Origin: Takakia lepidozioides
Taxonomy: Eukaryota; Plantae; Bryophyta
Direction: 5' to 3'
DNA: 64,000 nucleotides
Assembly: GCA_030704615.1 (NCBI GenBank)
Contig: CM060731.1
Location: 37,262,001 to 37,326,000 of the forward strand
A program made the translations under genes and the position numbers. A model generated the notes under the pieces. The model did no database searches, was not told the DNA's origin, and was given only the letters and a program-made list of their open reading frames with translations. Positions 1 through 12,300 of the stretch are shown here, one piece after another (the first letter of the stretch is position 1; each line of letters begins with the position of its first letter).

Positions 1-73
1 CATATGTCTGCCCTGTCCATTAGCACTCTGTCTGTGCATTCCTCATATTTCCCGCTCTCTCTCTCTCTCTCTC

Positions 74-933
74 CGGGGTCAGAAGCAGAGAGGAAAGGGA
101 GAGTGCAATTGCCCGTTGTGTGGGCAATCTGAAGACAGTATTCATTTTCTGATACACTGTCCGGGGTTCTCTCACCAAAGAGACGCTCTCTTCAAATCTA
201 TTAAGGGAATTGTGCCTGTACCCCTGTTTACCAACTTTGAAAGTCTCGAGGCTGAGCCAAAAGCCCAGGCCCTCCTGAGGCCTAGTTTTTGGGCAAATCA
301 CACACAGCAGATTGATGCTTGTGTGAAGGGATTTCTAGAGGATATCTGGAAAACCCGGATTAATTCTTTATATGGAGGTAAGTCTTACTAGCAACGTCAG
401 CCCCTGACAGAGGTAGGTTCTGTCCCTTTTGTTCCTTTTGTTCCCGCTCAAACTGGGCACGGGGTCAATGGCCACAAGGCTACGGCAAACAACGTCTTAT
501 GAGTACAATCTCTCCGGGGTCCGTTCAAACTGAGCACGGGGTCAATGGCCACAAGGTTACGGCAAACAACGTCTTATGAGTACATTCTCTCCAGGGTCCA
601 TGGTCGTAAGGCTATGGCAAGGTAATGTTCGCAGGGAACAGCATGAGTACACTTTCTCTCTCTCTCTCTCCACAAGGGCTCTCTCCTGCTAAGCCCAAAG
701 CCCTGGCCGTTCAGGTATAATTGCTTGGCAGCTAGCTTGCACACAGAAGATTGATGCTTGTGTGAAGGGCTTTCTAGAGGAAATCTGGGAAGGCCGAACC
801 AATTGTTTATACAAGCTAAGTCCCACTACTGGAGTGCCCTTACAAAGAAAATGTCTGTTTCCTCTTGTTCTACCCAGACTGGGCGCAGGGTCTATGTCAC
901 AAGGCTACGGCAAACAACTTCTTATGAGTACAT

Positions 934-964
<31 letters not shown>

Positions 965-1010
965 GAGGCGTTCTGCCCTACAGCAAATGTCGTCTTGTGA
1001 GTACAATCTG
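74..1010 (+). mobile_element. 5'-truncated non-LTR retrotransposon (LINE/SINE) 3' ends, several nested or tandem copies
   Basis: ORF 116-391 carries a C-terminal CCHC-like motif (CPLCGQSEDSIHFLIHC). It is followed by a tail GGGTCAATGGCCACAAGGCTACGGCAAAC...ATGAGTACA and (CT)n, repeated at about 451-513, 529-592 and 880-965. The same tail recurs at about 11215-11290 and 26478-26540. Confidence 0.65.
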
Positions 1011-1780
1011 TGATTGAGGTGGACACAGAAAAAATGTAAAATGGGTCTACGGCTGTCTAGAGGATTCAACGAGGCTTTTAATTCTGACCCCCAGCTTCCC
1101 TTCTGGCACAGTTGCGAAAGACAAGTTCCCACTTACCTCCACTATCACGACATTTTAATAATGTCCTAAGCAGGGTCAGGGTAGGTGGGATCCATAAACA
1201 GGTAGCAATCATGCCAACTTTCAAATGTAAGGGTTGATTTTGACGAAAATTCTAATGGTTTGCAGAAATACAAAAAGGTGTCCTTGAGATCCCAGAAATT
1301 TTGCATCCTTAACAATGAGTCCTTTCTCACATTAGCATATCTATGTCCAAGTAATGGAGCACAAAGTTAATTTTTAAAAGGCATACTTGAGCCAAGACTG
1401 GACTTCGCAGTGAGCACAGAGCTTGCCTGATCTTGCTTGACAACAGGAATGCCTTTGCTGAGAAGCATGCGAAGATACACGTCAACTCTGTGGTACGGGA
1501 CACCTGACATGGGGACCTTTTGTTCCAGCAGCTGCCACCCCAAGCATTGTAGACATCAATGTGACAATTTTTTTCTTTTTTCAATCTCCTTAATGGCGTT
1601 GACAACATGACACCTAAAAGTCAGGTCATAGCAAAGCAATTCCATTGCAACAAAGGATCCTGACACCTCCTCAAGCTACAACTGACATCCAAATCTGTCT
1701 TCAGAGCATATGACAAATCCTTTTCCCTTATACTAGAGGATCACCCACTAGTACAAATGGACCAAAGAAGTCAAGTTTAC

Positions 1781-4700
1781 CTTGCCACCATCGACTGCTG
1801 CAAGACGGATGCTGCACACTTCTGCCAGCCGCTCTGCATCTTCAAAAAAGGCCTATGGAGTGACAACAACTGTAAGGCTTGTACTAACTTGCTAGTTGTT
1901 TCTTTATCTGTTAGGCGCTCTTCTTCCCTATAGCTCTTGTGAAGATTAAAAAGTTCGCGCTAGCGCAGGTAGCCCAGTGGTTGTGCCTTGCCAGTGCAGT
2001 ACCCAGGTGATCTAAGGTTCAAAGTGTCCACCTTCCAAAGGAGGGCAGTTCCTTGGTGAAGAGACACTAGAATTTACACTTCCTTCGGGAGGAGTCCCCT
2101 TTCTTTTATTACAAAGTTCCTTTCAAGATGTGATGGAGGCAAGATGTACAATGCCATCCCGGATTTTCTACACTGAATTTGCTTGGTACCACTCAAACTC
2201 CAAGCCATATTTTGAGTAACAATCTTCTTGACAAGGCTGCAAAAAGTCTTCTCTACAAGTGATTTCCAGTTCGTGCCCTTACAACATCTGTCAGACTCAA
2301 AGCAAGTGGTCTAAAGACCTCTTGGTATGCTTGGGTCTCCAATTTCTTTGACCAACATGGCTTGTTCGTTTCATACTGCCAAGAAGGGCTTCGAAGTTCT
2401 TCCAAGCATGACCGTAACAAGCTTATTAGACATGAACTGATGAAACTTCATGTTAGACGTGGAAACCACAGAATCTTACAACAAAACTGCAGCTCTATCT
2501 CCACCTCTTCTCCAAGCATTGCAGAGGTTTGGGGTGGGTTGACACAGCAGGCCAATAGAGACTGGTAGATGACAATCTGGAGTGAGCTGGCGGCTTGTGC
2601 CCGGCTTGCGCTAGAGATGACAGACCGAAGACTGAGACCGTTTTTCGTTTCACTGTCCTCTCTACTATAAGTACTACTGTCTACTCCATGAGAGGCAATC
2701 CCCACAGAGGTCTTTCACTACGAGGACCAGAAATGCTTGGCAGCATATCTACACAAGGCTCTCCACCTTAGAGAATCTTCGACGGTGAAGTTTCTTTCTG
2801 GACTGCTTGTTGAGGGATTTCTTGTATCCTGCTTTTGTTTGTCCAATAAGCTCTTTGACCCATTATAAAGTTTCATTCTTTCTTTTTCCTTCCCTGCAAT
2901 GACATTGAGTAAATCACAGCCATACCTGCATCTGGGCTAGCTAAAGAGCCCTCTACAATCACTCATGGTCAACAACAGCCACAGAATCATGTGTACATTG
3001 TAGTAGGCATCACAGTAGCACTGATGAGAAAAACATCATGATTTCTAGTATTTTGTCAAGGCCAGCCCCAAAGAAGACATCATCATCTCCCCATTCATAC
3101 AACTATAAACCAACCAGCCATTTCCCACACAACTTAGTTTGAGAAACTAGAACACACAACCACCCAGGGCCTGAGAATCGTAAGAGACTTCAATACATGT
3201 GTAGCATGTCTACAACATTTGCTGTCAACAGCACAAACCAAGTCATACCTCGTAAAAATCCCCAACCCTTGAAAGGAGAAGAAATTTGGGTCTTTGCCGC
3301 TTTGTCTCCACATATTGTCTCATCATAGGGCTCAGTAGCGACAAATTCACAGCACTTGTGTGCAGTTGTACCTTCAGACCCTCAATCCTCTCTTCTGAAC
3401 TTGTAGGGTTTAAATCGTTATCCAAGACTGCTCCTTGATTATTAGAGTCTATGTGACTCAAATCCTTGCTCTCTGCTACAATGGGCAGCTGTTCTTCATA
3501 GTCTCCCTCCCTCCGTGCAAGTCCTTTGAGGCTACCAGCAGCTGGTGTTTGGACATCACCCACACCTTGCCGCTTCCCTTTCTTTTTCTTGAAACTGCTT
3601 CCCATAATTAATGGCTGGGGTGTTCCACCACCTTCAGCATGCAACCCAGAATCAACAGCATCGAGTGATTCTACCCAATCCTCTCCGAGATCCTTCAATT
3701 GTGAGGCAATCTCTCCTAGATTCCCGTGAAGTAAAGAAAGAGAACCTTCTGTTTCATAATCACCTGGTGACATGGCAGAGTGGTCATCCTCTAAATTTCT
3801 TCCTTCTACTGAATTGACCAGGTCAGCCATAGCTCGATTTCCACCATCACCTATTCCCTCCTCTAATTGATCAATATCCACAGGGTCAATCCTCCTCATT
3901 TCAATGGAACTCTTTTCATCCTGAAATTCATCGGAACTCTGCAGCAATTGTCCAAACCAAGGGAAGGAAGTTCCTGCTGAGGTGGATGACAGGCCCACCT
4001 CTCCAGCTTTGATGGGACCAATGGCATGCACATGCTCTTCAGAAGCGCCTAAAGTTAAACCAAGAGCATCATCATAGTTTTCTCCATGTTGTCCATCCAC
4101 CAATTCTGTCTTACACTTGCCTTCCAAAATTATACATGAGCCTCCATCAAGATCATGATTATCTCTGGAATTTCCTAACATTGTGCCTCCTGGAGGATTT
4201 TTTTCTAAGACTCTAGTAGCAACAACCTCCCCTTCATCTTCTTCGTCCTCCTTCACCTGTGCTTCAATTAGGATGATGTCATGTTCAGTATAGACCCCCA
4301 TAGACTCCTCCAGGAGTGACTCATCCACTTCCTTTGTAAGAGGGCTTATTCTGTCCTTATCTTCTCTGGATATAAGCTCGGCCTTCAGAACGATGTCTTC
4401 CGCTTTGAATGCTTGGCTCAAGAGCTCAGAAACTGGCAGCTGAAGGTCCCACATTACCTTTCCAAACACTCTCGCCAGCATGTCTACATCCACTCCAGCA
4501 CGGTGAGCATCCTTCAGCTGGGGCAATTTGTAAAACTGATAGTAGAGATAAGAGAGATTGCAGGGCCTTGTCATACCTGTAACCAAACAAACATGCCCTG
4601 TCAAAAGCTATTGATATCGAACTAGTGTCACTCACAGCTTGCCAAAACTTTCTTCCAGAAGGCCTTTTCACTTCAATTACGACTGAATATCTGCACTACA

Positions 4701-7586
4701 GATGGCTACGTTGCATGCCATATTCAAGGCCTTTCACATGGAAGTTCACTAACGTAGCAAAAAATGTGTCATGCTTGATATACTTCCAATGGTATGAGCG
4801 GCTCACCTGTTCTCTTTCTAAGTGCTGCTCTCGCAAGCTCCAGCGAGTCCACAAAGTACCAGTGGGAGGGGACTTGCATTGAGGATTCAAAACACTCCTT
4901 CATAATAAAGGGCACGTCAAACTTTTTCCCATTGTGTGCAACGAGGATGACTGGTCCCTCGCCCTTACGCCGGCCTTCCACAAAGTCTACAAAAATTGCC
5001 ATAACTTCCTTCCATCTGCACAAGAACAAATGTCCATGACCTTGTAGCAGTGTTGGTGATGATATAACATTAAATCTCCTCAGAGCCCCACATAGACTTT
5101 CAAAAGCTTCTCTTCTTGTCTTTTCTAGTTGTTGTGGTTAGGCCATGATAAAGATTTTGTGTTTCCTGCATAAAAATTTCCTTCTCTCTCATAATCAAGG
5201 AGGTCCAACAATCACATAGAAGTTATCCTTCATCCAGACCCACTGTAGATTCAACTCACAGATGAGTGTTTGTGTTGATTCAAGTTTCACCTTGGGATGT
5301 CTTCGCTGTTCACCATTTCAGTAGTTATCTTATGAATCTCTGTAGCTTCCAAAGGCACTGGTTGATCGGGGTTCACAAAAGTTTGAAAAGTGCTGCAATC
5401 TCCGCCTGACAAATCACGGCAAGCAATTTCAATGATCTTGTTGGCAGGTGTCAGGAATCCTGTAGTCTCGAGGTCAAAGACTATAATTGTCGTTTCCCGT
5501 GATGTTTCTAGAGAAGATGCAGGGGGGACTTCTGCTAATAGGCCTTGATCAGCTCTCTCCTTGTCAGACTGTTTGTTGGCGACGGCCTCACCATACAAGA
5601 CAGAGATAACCTTTCCTTCAGTTACACTTGTGGTTTCAGCCTCTGGGCTTCGGTATGCTGCTCCTGCTTCGTCCTCTCCGTTTCTAGACTGTCCATCAGT
5701 GAAACCTATCAAACCATTAGACAATTGTGTGAACGGAGAAACAACAGTCCCATTCCCATCTTTACCTTCAACTACAGTAGTTGTGGGCAAAGGTACTAAT
5801 GTGTCAGTATCCCCGACTGGTGCCCCTTCACACTGGGCTGAAAAACATCTAGTTTGTGCCAGAGTCTTTGAAGTATTTGTAGAGCTGTGGAAATCTACCT
5901 CCCTGGCCTGAGCACTAGGTGGCACTGAGGCTGCCAAGCTCTGAACCCAAGATATTTGCAATCCTTTATGGTACACAGGTATAAGATTAGATCGGTTTCC
6001 TATCCCTGAATTATGAACAGATCTCTGCCCTCTGCGTGTGAGAGCATCCAAGCCGAACCAACTGACCAAGCACCCACTTTGATGGCACCTGAAACAATAG
6101 GTGGAAATTACAAGTCAGAATCTCCAGTCAGATTAGTGTAACGCCAACTAAGTGCAATGCATAACTCTGGCCTTACTTGAAGCAGCCTGGTAACTATGAA
6201 GCTCTTAAAGACTACCGTGAACCTTATAAGCTCCTTCCTTTCCTCCTTGCTTTTTCACTACCTCCATCCTTCTTCTGGCCCCAAACTATGCAGCTGCTCG
6301 TTTGTCAGATATGGCTCTAATCTCTAGCCATTTATAGAACCAGTCCATGGCAACAGAGACAAAATAGAGTCAATGATATGCCAACAGATTTCATTATGCA
6401 TGATCTCAAATCGAAACTGTTTCAGGCTATTACCAAAATACTGCCTCATAAGCTTTCTAGCTGTATGTGAATTGAACTATGCTAAAATCACAATTTTATG
6501 TTTCAGATAGTACCACCAATGACAGTTCACATTTCCTATTTGGAATGCGGAGAAACAGGCCCTTGGCAGACAAATAACAGTGATCATGCAAGGCAAAAAG
6601 TTGGCAGTTTGCCCATGAACTTGTACAAACAGACACTGATCACAAATGTGATGTGACGCTTAAATAAAATTACGCAGTTTCACTCGAGGTGATAATGCAT
6701 GGCTAAGCGCCAAGAATGCACAGTGTCTTGGTATAGTTTCACAATCGTACAATAGTCTTTCGCACTCTCAAAACCAGGTTTTTCATCATGAGCTTTAAGA
6801 TCCACGCCATCAAAAGGAAACTGTTTTTATTTTGGCATTTTGCTCTTCTTGAAATGCTCTTGGATTATACACAGAAGTGTGTGTCTACTACAATTCCTCA
6901 CATCCAGTGTAGCTTTCAGTGAGTCGCTCCTGCCTTGTGTGTACTTTCTCCTTACAATACATTAACCTACAACTAATAATCTGACCTTCGACAATACTGT
7001 CAACGCTTACCTTAACGCTAACTCGACCTATCCTGACTATCTAGACAAATAATCTGACACTTTGCAAGCAAAGTTACTGCCAGCCTTTCATTGCTAAACT
7101 ATGGACAGCGAAAAATTGCAGGATGAGATCAATCAGCCCACCCTTCTTGCCCCCTCTCAAACACACAAAAGACAGTAGCACTTGCCTGAGGTGCCTCTTA
7201 AGCAAAACACATGGGCCACGTCTGAGGACATCAGAACACTCTGTAGGGACAAAACGGAACCCCAGTCCACTGCCCTGTTCCAAACGCGGCACGTATGTCA
7301 AATTCTTCAGACAGCACTGCATTTTTGTCTGAATTGTCAAACCAGCTGAAAGTCTTTCCTGCTTGCAGCCTACAACTCCTGCCACAGATTCAATATGTTG
7401 GCCCCGAAATCGTCCCCCGAATCCCGTGTCAACTTCGCCTCTTGTAGTCTTCCTGCCAAAGTCGCCACTGCCCGTCCCAGCACCATATCTCAGGCCCATT
7501 TGACTGGTAGCAGCCATTCTGGTTAGAGAAGAAGCAAAGCAATGTCGAGGCCATCTCTGGCTCATTCTCGCATTACCTTGCAACAC
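1781..7586 (-). CDS. DEDDh 3'-5' exonuclease (DPD1-like) fused to MutS domain I; spliced, 3' end probably beyond the window
   Basis: GT-AG exons about 7586/7520-7078, 6088-5291, 5015-4807, 4576-3249 and 1852-1781 join in frame. Exo motifs: VFDLETTG, VAHNGKKFDVPF, FVDSL, HRAGVDV. MutS-I motif: SPMMRQYVETKRQRPKFLLLSRVGDFYE|AFFEDAERLAEVCSIRL. The start codon is uncertain. Confidence 0.85.
1960..2110 (+). mobile_element. Degenerate tRNA-derived SINE (intronic)
   Basis: A-box-like TAGCCCAGTGG and B-box-like GGTTCAAAG at tRNA-like spacing; no cloverleaf evident. Confidence 0.35.
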
Positions 7587-9339
7587 CGCATTGTCTTAGG
7601 AGGTAAGTTTCTCTGTGACTCTCTCAACATGTTCCATTCCTCTTCAGCTGTCTCCACCAGGGATTGCATCTTGGCCGAAATTTGCTAGTCCTCTCTCCAG
7701 AAATCAAAGACTTACCAAGACCTTCGTTCTAAATTATTTAGAAAGCAGCCAGATCCTCCAACCAGCTTACCGCTGTCAGATTATGGACTGCACGCAAAAG
7801 ACCTTACTTTTTCACATGCTCCACATGATGGGCCGACGTTGGCGTATTTGTGAAAACAATTCCAGCTACAGCCTACTTCTCTTCAACTAAAATGCGAAAG
7901 ACCAGCCTTTAGATAACTATTTCGAAAGAGCAATTTGTAAGAGGCATTGGAAGAGAAAGAGAGAGACGTAACGAAACATCACGGAATGAAACTAATATTT
8001 CCAGAGCTCCGAAACGAATTGCCATCAGACTACTGAGCTGAAACACATCTGAAGACGCGTGTTTTGTTGGAGAGGAAGGTGAGAGTATGGAACAGCGTGG
8101 AATCTAAGACAGTTCAAACTTGTTTGTGACCGCATATCCGGGGCTGGTCCGCAGGATTCCCACTTGACATCATTTGTTTCTAATAACGTGTTCACGCACC
8201 ACATCTCCTGTAACGTGAGGTGCTTGTGTGGTGGTCCCTCTGCATATGAATTCCAGGTTCTCTGGTAAAATAACATGGTACTTCAACTCAAGTTCTTGAA
8301 GCAAACTTTTGATACACCAAGAATGTGGAGAACAATCAGAATTCATCATCACAAGGGAACATTGGATGGGGTGGGATGATTAGCTTCATGTCTAAAACAC
8401 ATCATTGAAAAATGATCACCAACTAAACTTTGCAGTATGGTAATGTAGGTTGAGATCCAAATGATAAGGAGCAAGATTGCAGTCTGAAATATTTTCAATA
8501 AACATTCACACTGCTCAGTCACAATGAAAAGGCCATTCCTGACAGTTGATTGTGAAAGAGTTTGTAGTTCTTTGCACCTCATACTGGCCTTGGCCACAAG
8601 ATTGCGAGAGCAAAACTGTAGCCAAAGGGTCTCTCTCTTCCACTATTTGTTTGACATTGGAGCCCACCGCCCTTTCCAACCAAAAGACTGGTAGACTGGA
8701 TCCATTGACTGGAACCAAAACTAGATTGTTGGCATGCCAGGACAGCTTATCAAGACACATAACATGCGAAAGCATCACTTTTGCCACCCCAGACATCATT
8801 GACATCGGCTGCCGAACTTTGGGACATGAGGGGATAAAGATGCTTTCAAAAAGATCATCTTGGGGGTTCACAAACTCCTTCGAACCCGTGGGTACAACCT
8901 TTCTATAAAGATATCACGAGTAGTTGCTAGGAACAACAGCTTCCTCACATGAATCTTGTTGCCTTCAAATAGCAGAGCAGCGCAGGGGATGATAAAGAGC
9001 CTGCTCCCCAACAAATCGGAACGAAATTGTGTACAAAGATGCTATTGGTCGACCTCACTGTTAATCCGAGGGTGTGCAATCCCTGGCCCAAAAGCCTAAC
9101 CCAACCTAGCTCTGAATCATGCTCCATCTAAAAGCTGAAGCAATGCATTCCGCCCTCCTGTAATTTCGAACAAACTACTGTGTTCTGGAGAGGAGATCCA
9201 GCCAGCAGTGTAACTGCAGGAAACTCTGCAGTATGTTTGACTGACGAACACTGCGCGCAGAGCTCCCATTTCTATATTCGACATGAAAATATGAACCAGA
9301 CACTTTCGGTGCTGTTGCTAGTGCAACACAAGTACCCCA

Positions 9340-12300
9340 TTACTCACCAACGGTCATACCAAACCCAAACTTGTAGTCCTTCTTCCAATGGTCAATCTGC
9401 CAACACAATAGCGGACAGACAAGGGGGTCCACAACCCAGAACCTCATCAGACTTACATTCTGAAACATACGATGTTGAACAGAAAAAACTAGGAAGTTTC
9501 AAGACAGCCAAGCCAGTTAACTATGATCCTCCTCCACGACCTCTTTCTACTCTTGTCATGGCTCTATGTCCATGACAAAGGAAAGAAGGACACTTAACTA
9601 TGATATGAAGCCAGATGCAAATGGCATCTCATCTAATATGAGGTTAAAAGGATAAGGTGACGTATTGAATGACCTCAACAACAAAAGTTCTGAGCTCATG
9701 AGTTGCCTAACTGAGGCTGACACAAACTCAGACTCGTGTCTTCAAATTACCAGACAAAAACTGAGGACAATGGGGACTAATTTGTCACCTCATTTCAAAA
9801 GCATAATATGTTAAGTACAAGTTGCAAGCAGTTTCAGCTAGAAGCGATGATAACGCAAGACATGTGGTTTCATTCACAAATCTACAAAGTGTACAAAGTT
9901 ACCGAAAGGAACCAACTATGAAGAAATGAAGAATCCCTGTTCTGTTTTCGAAGAACTATATACAATATTAAGTTAAATAAAAAAAATACAAGGAAAAAAG
10001 AAAACCCATACATTGGCACAATCAACTACTGGGGTAGGGGGTTCGATGGAAATAGAAAAACTGACCTCTGCAGAGAGCAAAAAGTTGACACCAAGATTCA
10101 GCCTTTCTTCCAAATATGCAGCTATGCATCCATTAGTATCTAACCTTCCCCTCAAGCGGCACTGCACACATCACAATGCCTCCCATTATTAGCAACAGAT
10201 CTGAGGATGGTCAGGCAAGCAAATAAAACACTGCCTTTGCAAAGACAATGTGGGAATAAAGGGCTCATGTGACCTGGGGACTAACCGCAACAAAACTCTG
10301 CAGACTAGGTCACAACATTCAGCTGTAAGTTCCCGACCTATTGGAGGGAAGGTTAACATAGAAAAAAGAAATAACATTGCTCATCAAACGAAATAACCAC
10401 AGAACTTAGGAAAGGAATATTTGTGTACCTCCTGAGGTTTATCTTGCTATTTTTGGAATCCACAGTATATTACCTGGCGAAGCAGATAGTCATAGCCAAC
10501 ACTGGTAGATGCCTCCTTAGTATTCCAGTTATACATAAAATCCGATGCCAGTGATACCTGGAGGCCCACATCATGCACAAACCCTCTACATTACCATCAA
10601 AGTACCCTTTGCAACTCAACCATCACCAACCCTTCCCAACTCTGGCTGCAAGAGTAGCCAAGAAAGTTTCGAGGTTGGGAGAAAATGGATCTCCTTGAAA
10701 GTGTTGGGTGCTGCTGAGGTTTGAGTAGTTACAAGTGCCCTGGGAAAGCAGCTTAACATAGATATTGCAAGTCAGCAATATGACAGTGATCCTGCCATCA
10801 CAGATCTGTACACGACATGACTACCAGATCTGGCGTTGTCAACTAATGTGCTATTTGCAGTTACTGGCCAGAAAGTTAACCTCACATCAGTTATAGCAAT
10901 AGGATTACCTTCGCAAGATCCATGTATTCTCCATCCCCAACAGGAGGCACTACCAACAGGGGGAAGAGGCTCTTTTTGGTGCTGGCTCCAGTTGATTTCA
11001 TCCCTCTCTCTCTCTCTCACAGTGCATTTCAATTCTCTTGTTTCTTTCTTCCTCTTGTCCCATAAGCTCTTTGAGCTTCCAGCGGAAATTATGAAGTACT
11101 ATTTCATTTAATTTCTTATTTCTTTCTTCCTTGTTCCATAAGCTCTTTGGGCTACCCATGGACAGTGTAAATTACCATTTCATTACTCTCTTTCTTTCAT
11201 TCCAGTTTCTCCAGACTGGGCACAGGGTCTATGGTCCCAAGGCTGCGACAAACTGCCGTAAACAGTCTATGGTCTCAGGAGTACATTCTTCTTTTATTCC
11301 TGAAACCCTAAAGAACGACCAACCAGAGCTCCTATTTGCACAAGTATCTACGGAAGCATGTGCCAGTAATAGGTGCCATTACCAAAGCCTCTATTTTACA
11401 CGAAGAGAAATCCACTTTAAAGAGTCCTTTAGAACATAACAAGTAAGTCTCTCTGAATGCACTGAAAAAGGCCTACAGCTGAGAACAGCACTCTTGTGCA
11501 AGTTCAAGAGAGAGGAAAGCACCTTGTCAGAGACTCTTTGCACATAGGTCAAGGACACAATGCCAGTGCTTGCAAATTGCCCTGTTGCTATCTGCATACA
11601 CCACTCTTTTGAGCACAGGAACACAAAAGGAATGAAAGTGTCCAAATAGGGAAATGCAATGTTGAAAGATGTTCGAAGTCTGGACCCAATATCAACACAT
11701 TTTCCTCCAAAAACCTCTCTACCATAGCAAGGACTGTTACACAAATTTACCCACGAAATTCAGACGAAAGGCCAACCATGCTTTTTTGAAGTGATGAAAG
11801 AGTGTGAGAAAGAAAGTGGAACAGGAGGGAATATAGGACACACATACCACTTTATCAGTGTTGTAGCGGGCAGCCAAGCCAATGCCCGACTTCCGCTGAT
11901 GGCCCAACCAAAACCCTTCTCCTCCAAGAGCCAAAGTTGATGTCACACTCTGTACCCAACTCCCTTCTCTCTTGTAAATGAAGATTACTGTTTTGTGATT
12001 TAGAAAAAGGTGCCATACAACTTGAGATAATTAGGTCCACTGCAAAGTGATACCAAGAAAAACCTGCTTTTATTGTACTGTCTGTCAGGGCATGGGATCA
12101 GAAAAGAGAACAGAACTGTCAGAGGAATGAGACACGTTTCAGCATGACAGCAACACTGAACTCCACATTGCAAGTAGTTTACTCAGGAAGGCGAGCAGCA
12201 ATAAGATCAATAGATGGCATGACTTGAGCTACCGTGAAAGATAACAGGCACGGCCTTTGGCATTGGGTACAAACCTGGATGTAGTTCACCCCATAAAACG

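Noticed and set aside
8500-8930. Possible decayed Harbinger transposase fragment
   Set aside because: Only a vague resemblance across frameshifts; no catalytic motifs or TIRs seen.
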